Assembly (NCBI GenBank): GCA_947626515.1
Contig: CANQSL010000002.1
Span: 14,339 to 78,338, forward strand
Origin: an uncultured Bacilli bacterium
GTDB lineage: Bacteria; Bacillota_I; Bacilli_A; RF39; UBA660
Direction of reading: 5' to 3'
DNA length: 64,000 nucleotides
In this document: piece by piece, positions 19,112 through 28,510 of the stretch
Numbering within the stretch: position 1 is the first letter of the stretch
Layout of the letters: every line of letters begins with the position of its first letter
Notes under the pieces: model-generated
What the model was told of the DNA's origin: nothing
Seen by the model: the letters and a program-made list of their open reading frames with translations, nothing else
The model's database searches: none
Program-made: the position numbers and the translations under genes

Positions 19112-20542
19112 ATGTATATATTAAAAAATGCATGGTTAAATATTATTAGAAATAAGGGGAGAAATATTTTAATAGGTATAGTAATTTTGATTATATCGAT
19201 TACTTCGACTATTGCTTTAGCTATAAACAATACATCAGATAAACTTATTGTTTCTTACAATGAAAAACAGGATATTAAAGCAACAATTGGGATTAATAGG
19301 GAAAAATCTAGAGAAAATATGAATTTTGATAAAGATATGAGTGAAGAAGAAAGAGAAAAAAATAAAAATGATATGTTTAATATTTATTCTAATGCTTCAT
19401 CTTTAAGTGTAAGTGACGTTGAAAAATATGCAGAAAGTAAATATGTTACTAATTATTATTATCAAGTAAGTTTAGGAGTGAAATCTTCTTTAGAAAAAGT
19501 TTCTATGGATGATGATTTTTCAGCAAACATGAAAAAAGAAAAATTTAATAACACAAATAATAGTGATTTTACCATTATTGGATATTCTAATTTAGATAGT
19601 ATGGAAGAATTTATAAATGGAAAGTATAAAATAATTGAAGGTGAAATTCTTATAAATAGTGATTCTTGTGTTATAAATAGTGAATTAGCAAGTATGAATG
19701 ATGCAAAAGTAGGAGATAAAATACAAATTATTGATCCTAATAATGAAAAAAATGTTATTACTTTAACAATTAGTGGTATATATGAAGAAACTAGTGAAAC
19801 AAACGACGAAATGAATATGTTTACAAATTCAGTAAATAATATTTTAACTAATGTTAAATCATTAGATGAATTTATAAATAATAGTGATATTGCAAAATCT
19901 GTTAATCCAACATTTATATTAGATGATAAGAATAATATAGACAATTTTGAAGAAGATTTAAGAGAGTTAGGTTTAAATGAATATTTGACTATTAATACTA
20001 ACCTAGATGAAATAGAAGCTTCTACAAAAACTGTCAGTAATGTAAAAACGTTTGCTTGTATATTTTTAATTTTAACTTTGATTATAGGTGGAGTTATATT
20101 ATTTGTTATAAATATGATAAATATTAGGGAAAGAAAATATGAAATAGGAGTGTTAAGAACAATAGGAATGAAAAAATCTAGCCTAACATTACAATTTATA
20201 ACAGAACTTTCAATTGTAGCATTGATATCTTTAATCATTGGAGCAACAATAGGTTCAGTGTCTTCTATAGGTGTATCTAATTATTTGTTAGAAAATGAGA
20301 TAAATAATAGTCAGCAAGAAATAAATAATATCAATGCTAATTTTGGTGGAGAGAGAAAATTTGATAGAGTAAATGGTATAGTAAATATAAATAAAGTTGA
20401 ATCAATAGATGCCACAGTAGATATTAAAGTACTAATAGAATTATTGTTTATTGGAATAATATTGACATTATTAAGTTCTATTTCGAGTATGATAAGTATT
20501 AATAAATTTTCACCACTTACTATTTTAAAGGAGCGAAGTTAA
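19112..20542 (+). CDS. ABC transporter permease, FtsX/MacB type
   Basis: N-terminal TM, about 270-aa extracytoplasmic domain, then three C-terminal TMs with the FtsX-type loop REIGVLRTIGMKKS context (RKYEIGVLRTIGMKKSS). Confidence 0.85.
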   Translation: MYILKNAWLNIIRNKGRNILIGIVILIISITSTIALAINNTSDKLIVSYNEKQDIKATIGINREKSRENMNFDKDMSEEEREKNKNDMFNIYSNASSLSVSDVEKYAESKYVTNYYYQVSLGVKSSLEKVSMDDDFSANMKKEKFNNTNNSDFTIIGYSNLDSMEEFINGKYKIIEGEILINSDSCVINSELASMNDAKVGDKIQIIDPNNEKNVITLTISGIYEETSETNDEMNMFTNSVNNILTNVKSLDEFINNSDIAKSVNPTFILDDKNNIDNFEEDLRELGLNEYLTINTNLDEIEASTKTVSNVKTFACIFLILTLIIGGVILFVINMINIRERKYEIGVLRTIGMKKSSLTLQFITELSIVALISLIIGATIGSVSSIGVSNYLLENEINNSQQEINNINANFGGERKFDRVNGIVNINKVESIDATVDIKVLIELLFIGIILTLLSSISSMISINKFSPLTILKERS

Positions 20543-21196
20543 ATGAATATTTTAAAATTAGAAAAAGTATCTTATAAATATACGGATGCTAAGAAAAATG
20601 ATTATGTTTTTAAAGATATAGATTATGAATTTGATTTAGGAAAAGTATATTCGATAAAAGGTAAAAGTGGAAGTGGTAAAACAACACTATTATCTTTATT
20701 AAGTGGATTAGAAAAACCTACGAATGGAAAAATATTTTACGATAATAAAGATCTTAACAAAATGAATTTGGACGAATATAGGAGCAACGATATAGGTATT
20801 ATTTTTCAAGGATATAATCTTTTACCAACTTATACTGCATTGGAAAATGTAATGTTATCTATGAATATCAGTAAAGTAAAAGATAATTCAAAAGAGCATG
20901 CTTTAAAATTATTAGAAAGTGTTGGACTAAATAGTGAACATGCTAATAGAAGAATATTAAAATTGAGTGGGGGAGAACAACAGAGAGTTGCTATAGCTAG
21001 AAGTTTATCTTATAATCCTAAAATTATTTTAGCAGATGAACCGACAGGAAATTTAGATAAAGAGACAGAAGATGAAATCATAGATATTTTAAAGGGATTG
21101 GCTCATAATGAAAATAAATGTGTAATTATAGTTACACATTCTAAAAATGTATGTAATAGTTCAGATATAGTTTATGAGTTAAATAAAAAAAATTAA
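20543..21196 (+). CDS. ABC transporter ATP-binding protein (MacB/LolD-like)
   Basis: GKSGSGKTTLLS, LSGGEQQRVAIARSL, ILADEPTGNLD. The ATG immediately follows the permease stop. Confidence 0.92.
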   Translation: MNILKLEKVSYKYTDAKKNDYVFKDIDYEFDLGKVYSIKGKSGSGKTTLLSLLSGLEKPTNGKIFYDNKDLNKMNLDEYRSNDIGIIFQGYNLLPTYTALENVMLSMNISKVKDNSKEHALKLLESVGLNSEHANRRILKLSGGEQQRVAIARSLSYNPKIILADEPTGNLDKETEDEIIDILKGLAHNENKCVIIVTHSKNVCNSSDIVYELNKKN

Positions 21197-21290
21197 TATT
21201 ATTTATTAACTATTTTAAATGCTTGTACTAAAATATATTTTATGGTAATATTCTTATTAGAATAAGTTGCGTTAGAAAGGAATAAATAAT

Positions 21291-23054
21291 ATGGCTAAAA
21301 ATTCTAGATTAGTAATTATTTGTCTAACAGCATTAATTCTTACTACGTTGACATTAATTGGAATTACTTATGCATATTATACGACTAATTTCGTAAATTC
21401 AACTGTAGCTAATTTTGAAGGAACTTCAGGCTTTGCCGGAGTTATATATGATGATGGAAATGGTACTTTTAAAACTGATCATTTAACCACAGGTGAAATT
21501 GGCTATAAGACATTTACTGTTACTAATAATAACGCAATATCTGAAATATATGGAGTAAAATTTGAAAATGTAAATAATGAATTAAATTCTAAAACTAAAG
21601 AAAATTTATATTATACATTAAGTTGTTCTTCAAAAAATAAGATTACTAATAGTCCTGAAGGTGACTGTACAAGCATATCTTCTCATATGCCTTTACCTGT
21701 AGAGGATGGTTATATTTTGTCTAATTCAATAGGGATTAATCAAGTTCATTCTTATACTTTAAAATTATATAATAAAAGTACTCCTGAAAATGAGGCTATG
21801 TCTTTTAATGTAAAAATAAATATAGGAGATTATAAAAAAGATATTACAAATGCAGAGGGGACTTTGTGGAACAAAATATATACTACTGCTCAAAATAAAA
21901 TTAGTGCTACTTTAGAAGTTGCACCGAAGACTATTGTAGGAAAAGAAAGTAGCAATTCTTCTGAAAAAAGTTTAGTTACAGGAATAGGAGATTATGGCAA
22001 GATGTACTATTTTAGAGGAAATGTCGATAATAATTACTTATCTATAGGTAGTACTTGTTGGAGAATTGTTAGTTTGCAAGGCGATGGAAGTATAAAAATA
22101 ATTTTAGAAAATCCAGTTTATTCTTGTAATGGTACAAGTGAATACTTACCAAGTACTGATAGCAATCTTTTATATAAATATTTATCTCAATCAAAAACTC
22201 AAAATGGATTGTTTGATTCTGTAAGTTATTATGGATATAAAATACAAAAAGATTCTTCTTATACTCAATATTATGCTGATTTTTTGCTTAATAGCAATTA
22301 CGAACATGTCAATACTATTACAATTAAAAGAAATGCAAACAATACTAATTTAGATTATGATTATCATTCATCTAAATTTTTAACAGAATATTTTTATGAT
22401 AGAAATGAAATTTTAAACAATTACAATAACAATATTTTTAGAGAACAAATTGGTCTATGTAATGGTAATAATTGTACTTACCCATTAGAATTCAGTGATT
22501 CTTTTCTTAAAAAATATTTTAAACAAGAATCATATTGTATAGGAGATATGTCAAGTAAAGTTGGTATCATAGGTGAAGATGATAACGAATATTATTATAG
22601 TTCGTATATAAGAAAAAATGACTCTATTGTTTCGTTAGCATGTCCTGTTGATTTCGATAGAACTCCTTATATGTATGGTGGAATGCTTACTTTAGATGAG
22701 TATGCTTATGCTGGTGCTAATATAAAAGATGAAACTAATCTTTATTCTAATTATTTAGATTCTGGTTTAAAGAATGATGATTTATGCAATAATACTGATT
22801 ATAATTCTTCAGGATGTACATGGCTTTTACTAACTCCATTGATGCATAGATATGATAATGGAATATATAAAGATGTGGTTGCTGCAGCTACGCCTTATGG
22901 ATTAAAATATATTTATGTTGATCAAATATTTATGAATGGTCAAAATGAATCTGGAGGTAGTGTTCATACTAGACCAGTTTATGTTTTAAAATCGGGAGTA
23001 AAATATAATAGTGGAAATGGAACTAAATTAAATCCTTATGTTATAGGAGATTAA
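21291..23054 (+). CDS. large secreted protein with a SipW/TasA-class signal peptide
   Basis: The N-terminus MAKNSRLVIICLTALILTTLTLIGITYAYYTTNF resembles the GTxAYFTD-type SipW-cognate signal. The rest is a Ser/Asn/Tyr-rich, probably beta-rich, unknown domain. Confidence 0.7.
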   Translation: MAKNSRLVIICLTALILTTLTLIGITYAYYTTNFVNSTVANFEGTSGFAGVIYDDGNGTFKTDHLTTGEIGYKTFTVTNNNAISEIYGVKFENVNNELNSKTKENLYYTLSCSSKNKITNSPEGDCTSISSHMPLPVEDGYILSNSIGINQVHSYTLKLYNKSTPENEAMSFNVKINIGDYKKDITNAEGTLWNKIYTTAQNKISATLEVAPKTIVGKESSNSSEKSLVTGIGDYGKMYYFRGNVDNNYLSIGSTCWRIVSLQGDGSIKIILENPVYSCNGTSEYLPSTDSNLLYKYLSQSKTQNGLFDSVSYYGYKIQKDSSYTQYYADFLLNSNYEHVNTITIKRNANNTNLDYDYHSSKFLTEYFYDRNEILNNYNNNIFREQIGLCNGNNCTYPLEFSDSFLKKYFKQESYCIGDMSSKVGIIGEDDNEYYYSSYIRKNDSIVSLACPVDFDRTPYMYGGMLTLDEYAYAGANIKDETNLYSNYLDSGLKNDDLCNNTDYNSSGCTWLLLTPLMHRYDNGIYKDVVAAATPYGLKYIYVDQIFMNGQNESGGSVHTRPVYVLKSGVKYNSGNGTKLNPYVIGD

Positions 23055-23617
23055 ATTATATGGTCGATTAGACCATATTTTTTACTTTCTAAACTATTAA
23101 AGTATTTATCTCTTTCAGTATCTTTTTCTATTTTTTTTAATGGTTGACTAGTTAATTTTGATAGCAAGTTATTTAAAAGTTTCTTTTTTTCAATAATTCT
23201 CTTTGCTTGAATTTCTATATCAGTAGCTTGACCTGAGGTATTTCCTAATGGTTGATGAATCATAATTTCGCTATTTTTTAGAGAATATCGTTTACCTTTA
23301 GTACCACTTGCTAGTATTATAGATGCCATACTTGCTGCAATACCGATAACCGTTGTTCTAATTTCACTTTTTATAAAATTCATAGTGTCGATTATTGCAA
23401 GTCCACTAGTAACAGATCCTCCTGGGCTATTTATATAAATATCTATATCATTATGATTTATACTATCTAGGTATAGTAATTCAGAAATAATTAAGTTAGA
23501 TAAAGAGTCATTTATTTCACCGTTAATAAAAATTATTCTGTTTTCAAGCATTTTTGAATAAATATCATATACTTTTTCTCCTGAATTTGTACTTTCTTGA
23601 ATAGTTGGAATAAACAT
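23051..23617 (-). CDS. clpP: ATP-dependent Clp protease proteolytic subunit ClpP
   Basis: INSPGGSVTSGLAI, GIAASMASIIL (catalytic Ser), MIHQPLG (His), TERD (Asp). Confidence 0.95.
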   Translation of the reverse strand: MFIPTIQESTNSGEKVYDIYSKMLENRIIFINGEINDSLSNLIISELLYLDSINHNDIDIYINSPGGSVTSGLAIIDTMNFIKSEIRTTVIGIAASMASIILASGTKGKRYSLKNSEIMIHQPLGNTSGQATDIEIQAKRIIEKKKLLNNLLSKLTSQPLKKIEKDTERDKYFNSLESKKYGLIDHII

Positions 23618-23731
23618 ATAATCACCTATTTATATTTTATAAATAAAACTGTTAATAATACATAAAAAAATGTGACAAATTATATTATATTTTGATATAA
23701 TTAATTATATAAAGAATAAAGGAGTGATATA

Positions 23732-25174
23732 GTGGATAATAAAAAGGAAGAAAAAGCTGCTTTAAAATTTATATTTATTATCGCAACAAAAGAAGTTTTA
23801 AATTGTGACGTTAAATTTTGTCATAGCTTAGATATAGGTATAAGAGGAATATTTATGACTAAACATAAAGTAAATGCCAATGATATAAAAGCAATAACTA
23901 AGAAAATGAAAGAATATATAAAAGCATCATATCCAATATTAAAAATTACAGTTAGCAATAAGGATGCTATAAATTACTATAATAGATATGAAGAAAAAGA
24001 AAAAGCTTTAAGCATACAAAGTATAATAAACGATACAGTTACTTTTAATGAACTACTAGGTCATTATAATTATTTTTTTAGTAATATATTAGAAAATACT
24101 AAATTTATAAATGAGTTTAAAATAATTAATTTAACTAATAATGATTTTGTTTTAATAGATAATTATAAAAATAAAGAATTTAAAAATAAGAAAAATTTAT
24201 TTAACGAATTTAATAAGTATAATGATTGGCTAAATAGGCAGCATATTCATTATGTTAGTGATATAAATAAAATTATATCCGATGGAAAAATAGAAGACTT
24301 TATAAAAAAGAATGATATTATGATAGATAATCAAATGATGGAAGTAGCACAAAATATAGTAAGATTAAATAAAAAAATCGTATTTATAGGTGGTCCATCT
24401 AGCAGTGGAAAAACAACAAGCAGTAGAAAACTTTCATTATATTTAAATAGTTTGGGAAAGAATACTGTTAAAATAAGTTTGGACGATTATTATAAAGAAA
24501 GAGATGAAATAATTCCTGATGAATATGGACAAAGGGATTTTGAAAGTTTAGATGCAATTGATTTAAATTTATTTAAAAAACAATTAAATGATTTATTAGA
24601 GGGAAAAAGAGTGGTATTGCCCAAATTTATTTTTTCAATGTTCCATAAAAAATTTGAAGGTGAAGGTATAATATTACATAATGATGATATATTAGTAATT
24701 GAAGGATTACATTGTTTAAATGAAGAACTTAGCAAAAGCATAGATAAAAAATATAAGTATAAAGTATATGTTAGTCCATTAACTCCACTTACTATTGATA
24801 GACATAATTATATTTCTACAACTGAAAATAGACTTTTAAGAAGAATAGTAAGAGATAATAGGACGAGAGGAGTAGGCATAGAAGAAACTTTAGCAAGTTG
24901 GGATAGTGTAAGACGTGGTGAAGAAAAATATATTTTCCCATATACTGATGAAGCTGATGTTGTTTTAAATACAGCATATATATATGAAATGGGTGTACTT
25001 AAAGTATATGTTGAACCACTTTTATATACTGTAAAAATGGATAGCAAATATTATGATATGGCAAGAAGATTATTGGATAGTTTAAAAAACTTTTATCCAA
25101 TCAGTAGTGAATATTTAGCAAGTGATAATGTATTAAGAGAATTTATTGGAAAATCTGAATTTAATGAAGGGTAG
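23732..25174 (+). CDS. P-loop nucleoside/uridine-kinase-family protein with an N-terminal extension
   Basis: GTG start after AAAGGAGTGA. Walker A GGPSSSGKTTSS, LDDYY, IEGLH, RRIVRDNRTRG, all typical of the Udk/PRK family. Confidence 0.65.
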   Translation: MDNKKEEKAALKFIFIIATKEVLNCDVKFCHSLDIGIRGIFMTKHKVNANDIKAITKKMKEYIKASYPILKITVSNKDAINYYNRYEEKEKALSIQSIINDTVTFNELLGHYNYFFSNILENTKFINEFKIINLTNNDFVLIDNYKNKEFKNKKNLFNEFNKYNDWLNRQHIHYVSDINKIISDGKIEDFIKKNDIMIDNQMMEVAQNIVRLNKKIVFIGGPSSSGKTTSSRKLSLYLNSLGKNTVKISLDDYYKERDEIIPDEYGQRDFESLDAIDLNLFKKQLNDLLEGKRVVLPKFIFSMFHKKFEGEGIILHNDDILVIEGLHCLNEELSKSIDKKYKYKVYVSPLTPLTIDRHNYISTTENRLLRRIVRDNRTRGVGIEETLASWDSVRRGEEKYIFPYTDEADVVLNTAYIYEMGVLKVYVEPLLYTVKMDSKYYDMARRLLDSLKNFYPISSEYLASDNVLREFIGKSEFNEG

Positions 25175-25181
25175 GGATAAT

Positions 25182-26192
25182 ATGAAGAGAATTGCAATAA
25201 ATGGATTTGGAAGAATAGGAAGGTTAGCATTTAGACTGCTTACAGAAACAGATGAATATGAAGTAGTGGCAATAAATGATTTGACTAATGCAGAGGAGTT
25301 AGCTTATTATTTAAAATATGACACTAATCATAGAAATTTTGATCTAGACGATATAAGCTTTGAAGGAAACTCTATAATTTATAAAGGCAAAAGAGTAAAA
25401 GTTTATAGTGAAAAAGATGCTTCACTTTTACCTTGGAAAGATGAAAATATAGATTTAGTATTGGAATGTACTGGTTTATATACTAAATTAGAAGATGCAA
25501 AAAAACATATAGAAGCAGGAGCAAAACATGTAATTATTTCAGCACCAGGAAAAGGAGAAATGAAGACAATAGTATATGGAGTAAATGATTACACATTAGA
25601 TGGAACAGAAGAAGTTATAAGCGCTGCTAGTTGTACAACAAATTGTTTGGCACCAGTATTAAATATTCTAAACAATGAGTATGGAATAGAAAAAGGTTTT
25701 ATGACTACTGTTCACGCTATCACTAACGATCAATCAACTTTGGATGTTGCTCATAAAAAAGGAATTCTTTCTAGAAGAGGACGTGCAGCAAGTTTAAATA
25801 TAATTCCAGCATCTACTGGAGCTGCATCAGCTATAGGGAAAGTTATACCTGAACTTGAAGGCAAATTAGATGGTGGTGCATTTAGAGTACCTGTCGGTGA
25901 TGGATCAGTAATAGATGTTAGCTTGGAACTTAAAAAGAAAGTGTCAGTAGAAGAAATAAATAATTTATTCATTAAAAATCAGAATGCAGTTTTAAAATAT
26001 ACTGAAGATCCAGTTGTTTCTAGTGATGTTTTGGGATCATCTTGTGGGGCACTAGTTGATGGTTTATCAACTAAAGTTCTTACAGTTGATGATAAACAAT
26101 TGGTTAAGGTAGTAGCTTGGTATGACAATGAATTTGGTTATACAACTCAAATGATACGAACAATGATTTCATTATTAGAAAAAAGTGAGTAA
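25182..26192 (+). CDS. gap: glyceraldehyde-3-phosphate dehydrogenase
   Basis: MKRIAINGFGRIGR, SCTTNCLAP (catalytic Cys), WYDNEFGY. ATG 25182 is preferred to ORF-track start 25146, which overlaps the upstream gene. Confidence 0.95.
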   Translation: MKRIAINGFGRIGRLAFRLLTETDEYEVVAINDLTNAEELAYYLKYDTNHRNFDLDDISFEGNSIIYKGKRVKVYSEKDASLLPWKDENIDLVLECTGLYTKLEDAKKHIEAGAKHVIISAPGKGEMKTIVYGVNDYTLDGTEEVISAASCTTNCLAPVLNILNNEYGIEKGFMTTVHAITNDQSTLDVAHKKGILSRRGRAASLNIIPASTGAASAIGKVIPELEGKLDGGAFRVPVGDGSVIDVSLELKKKVSVEEINNLFIKNQNAVLKYTEDPVVSSDVLGSSCGALVDGLSTKVLTVDDKQLVKVVAWYDNEFGYTTQMIRTMISLLEKSE

Positions 26193-26194
26193 TA

Positions 26195-26219
26195 AATACT
26201 AGTCAAACTAGTATTTTTT
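26195..26219 (+). terminator. intrinsic terminator after gap
   Basis: Stem aatactagt (26195-26203) / actagtatt (26207-26215), loop caa, T-run. Confidence 0.6.
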
Positions 26220-26278
26220 AGTTCTTTACACGAATAAACAAATTTGATAGAATTATTTACGATGAAAGAGGAAATAAT

Positions 26279-28018
26279 ATGAGTTTTATTAAATTATTAG
26301 AAAGTGAAATTAGTAAAATTTTAGTATCTTTAGGTTACGAAGATAATGTCGCTTTACTTGTATCAAATAGACCTGATCTTGGGGACTATCAATATAATGG
26401 TTGCATGAAACTTTCAAGCATTTATAAAGAAAAGCCTATTGATATTGCAAACAAGATTGTTGAAAAACTTAATCAAACAAATTATTTTAAAAGTATTAAT
26501 ATAGCAGGACCAGGCTTTATTAATTTAAGTTTTAGCGATGAAGCGTTAATCGAATATATGAATGAAATTTTTAATAATTTCGAAATAAATAATTATAAAG
26601 TAGAAAAAAAATTAGTTTTTTTAGATTATGGTGGAGCAAATATTGCAAAAGAATTACATGTTGGTCATCTAAGAAGTGCAAATATTGGTGAAGCTTTAAA
26701 AAGACTTTTAAATAATTGCGGGGTAAAAACAATAAGTGATGTTCATTTAGGTGATTGGGGAACTCCTATGGGACTCGTAATGAATGAAATAAAACACATG
26801 AAACCTGATCTTCCTTATTTTGATGAAAATTATGATGGAGTATATCCAAAAGAATCTCCTGTTACTGAAAGTGATTTGGCTTATATTTATCCAATGGCTT
26901 CTAAAAAGAAAAAGGAAAGTGAAACCTATGCTTCAGAAGCAAGGGAATTAACTCAAAAACTTCAAAATAAAGACAAAGGATTAATAGCATTATGGAAACA
27001 TATAGTTAATACCAGTAGTATTGATATAAAAAGAGTATATGAAGATTTAGGCGCTTCATTTGATTTGTGGTTAGGAGAAAGCGATGCTGATCCTTACATA
27101 GATGAAGTTTTAAATTTATTAGACAAAAAAGGGTTAACTTATATTTCTGATGGAGCTTTAGTAATGGATGTATGCGAAGATGAAGATAAATTAGAAATTC
27201 CACCAATTTTATTAAAAAAGACAGATGGATCTATTCTTTATGCTTCTACAGAAATGGCAACTTTGTATATGAGAATCAAAGAATATAATCCTAGTGAATT
27301 CTGGTATATAGTCGATAATAGACAAGAATTACATTTTAAACAAGTTTTTAGAGCTGCAAAAAAGTCTGGATTAGTGAATGAAAATGTCGGTTTATATTTT
27401 TTGGGGTTTGGCACTATGAACGGTAGTGATGGCAAGCCATTCAAAACAAGAGATGGTGGAGTGATGTCATTGAAATCTTTAATAGAATTGGTTAAAAGTG
27501 AGACAATAAAAAAAATAAATGATAATATAACGGATAAAGAAGCTTTAGCTAAAGATTTAGCGATTGCGACAATAAAATATGCAGACCTTTTGCCAAATAG
27601 GAGTACAGATTATATTTTTGATCCAATTAAGTTTAGTGATTTAAATGGTAAAACAGCACCATATTTACTTTATAGTACAGTAAGAATGAAAAGTTTATTA
27701 AATAAATCTTTAGAAGAAAAAATAGGGTATAAAAAATATAATATTTTAAAAACTGATTTAGAAAGAAATGTAATACTTAATTTATTAGAAGTTCCAAAAG
27801 TATTAGAAAATTCATTAAATTCTAAAAGTTTAAATGAAATAGCTGAATATTTATATAAATTAACCAATAATTATAATAATTTTTATGCTTCAAATAAGGT
27901 TTTAATTGAAAAAGATACTAAGGTGAGAGAATCTTGGTTAGTATTAACTGAATTAGTATACAAAACAAATAAAATGTTACTTAATATTTTAGGTATAACT
28001 GTACCTGATAAGATATAG
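26279..28018 (+). CDS. argS: arginine--tRNA ligase
   Basis: Class I HIGH motif (ELHVGHLRS). Length and C-terminal anticodon-binding-domain pattern are typical of ArgS. Confidence 0.93.
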   Translation: MSFIKLLESEISKILVSLGYEDNVALLVSNRPDLGDYQYNGCMKLSSIYKEKPIDIANKIVEKLNQTNYFKSINIAGPGFINLSFSDEALIEYMNEIFNNFEINNYKVEKKLVFLDYGGANIAKELHVGHLRSANIGEALKRLLNNCGVKTISDVHLGDWGTPMGLVMNEIKHMKPDLPYFDENYDGVYPKESPVTESDLAYIYPMASKKKKESETYASEARELTQKLQNKDKGLIALWKHIVNTSSIDIKRVYEDLGASFDLWLGESDADPYIDEVLNLLDKKGLTYISDGALVMDVCEDEDKLEIPPILLKKTDGSILYASTEMATLYMRIKEYNPSEFWYIVDNRQELHFKQVFRAAKKSGLVNENVGLYFLGFGTMNGSDGKPFKTRDGGVMSLKSLIELVKSETIKKINDNITDKEALAKDLAIATIKYADLLPNRSTDYIFDPIKFSDLNGKTAPYLLYSTVRMKSLLNKSLEEKIGYKKYNILKTDLERNVILNLLEVPKVLENSLNSKSLNEIAEYLYKLTNNYNNFYASNKVLIEKDTKVRESWLVLTELVYKTNKMLLNILGITVPDKI

Positions 28019-28028
28019 GATAAAAAAA

Positions 28029-28048
28029 ATAACGAAATTATTCGTTAT
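28029..28048 (-). terminator. hairpin between convergent argS and the DUF192 gene (T-run on the minus strand)
   Basis: ataacgaa (28029-28036) / ttcgttat (28041-28048). The plus-strand A8 run at 28022-28029 becomes a T-run after the hairpin on the minus strand. Confidence 0.5.
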
Positions 28049-28352
28049 AAGCTTTAAAATTATTTATATCAATTATATCATTTACGTTTAAATTTTTAGA
28101 TGCGTTAGAAGGAAGTTCTAATATATTGGACTTCTTTTTTGTATGGTATATTAAGACTTTATTTTTTTCTACATTTCTATTTATAAAAAGTATTCTATTT
28201 TCATTATCTAACAATAACACATCTATAGGTTCTTTCATAAAATAAGTATGTATACTTTTACAATTTTTAATAAGTAATCCATAATCAATATTTTTTTTAT
28301 TCATTAAACCTAGTAATTTATCTTTAAAAGTATCTGCTATTTTTATTTTCAT
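28038..28352 (-). CDS. DUF192-family protein
   Basis: 104 aa. The N-terminal KIADTFKDKLLGLMNKK matches the DUF192 pattern (A.t...r..GLM). Confidence 0.65.
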   Translation of the reverse strand: MKIKIADTFKDKLLGLMNKKNIDYGLLIKNCKSIHTYFMKEPIDVLLLDNENRILFINRNVEKNKVLIYHTKKKSNILELPSNASKNLNVNDIIDINNFKAYNE

Positions 28353-28510
28353 AACATCACCATTATTATTATATTATTAAAAATTTTTTAAAACAATATT
28401 TTTTCTTTCATATATTTTTCATATAAAATTTATAAAATATAATTAATTTTTGTTGGACATATGTAAAATTTTATAATATTATATATACATTGTTCTAAAA
28501 GGAGTTTAAC

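Noticed and set aside
19462-20238. A 258-aa minus-strand ORF lying entirely inside the ABC permease gene.
   Set aside because: It is antisense to a well-supported FtsX-type gene. Its product is low-complexity Ser/Ile/Phe/Leu-rich, as expected for a shadow frame of AT-rich codons. It has no RBS or promoter context.
23618-23731. CtsR operator upstream of clpP.
   Set aside because: I read both strands and found no (A/G)GTCAAA heptad direct repeat. Only an isolated ttgtcaca is present.
26193-26278. Possible T-box leader upstream of argS.
   Set aside because: The spacer is only 86 nt, and one third of it is the gap terminator. There is no room for stem I, a specifier loop or the T-box sequence, and none is visible.
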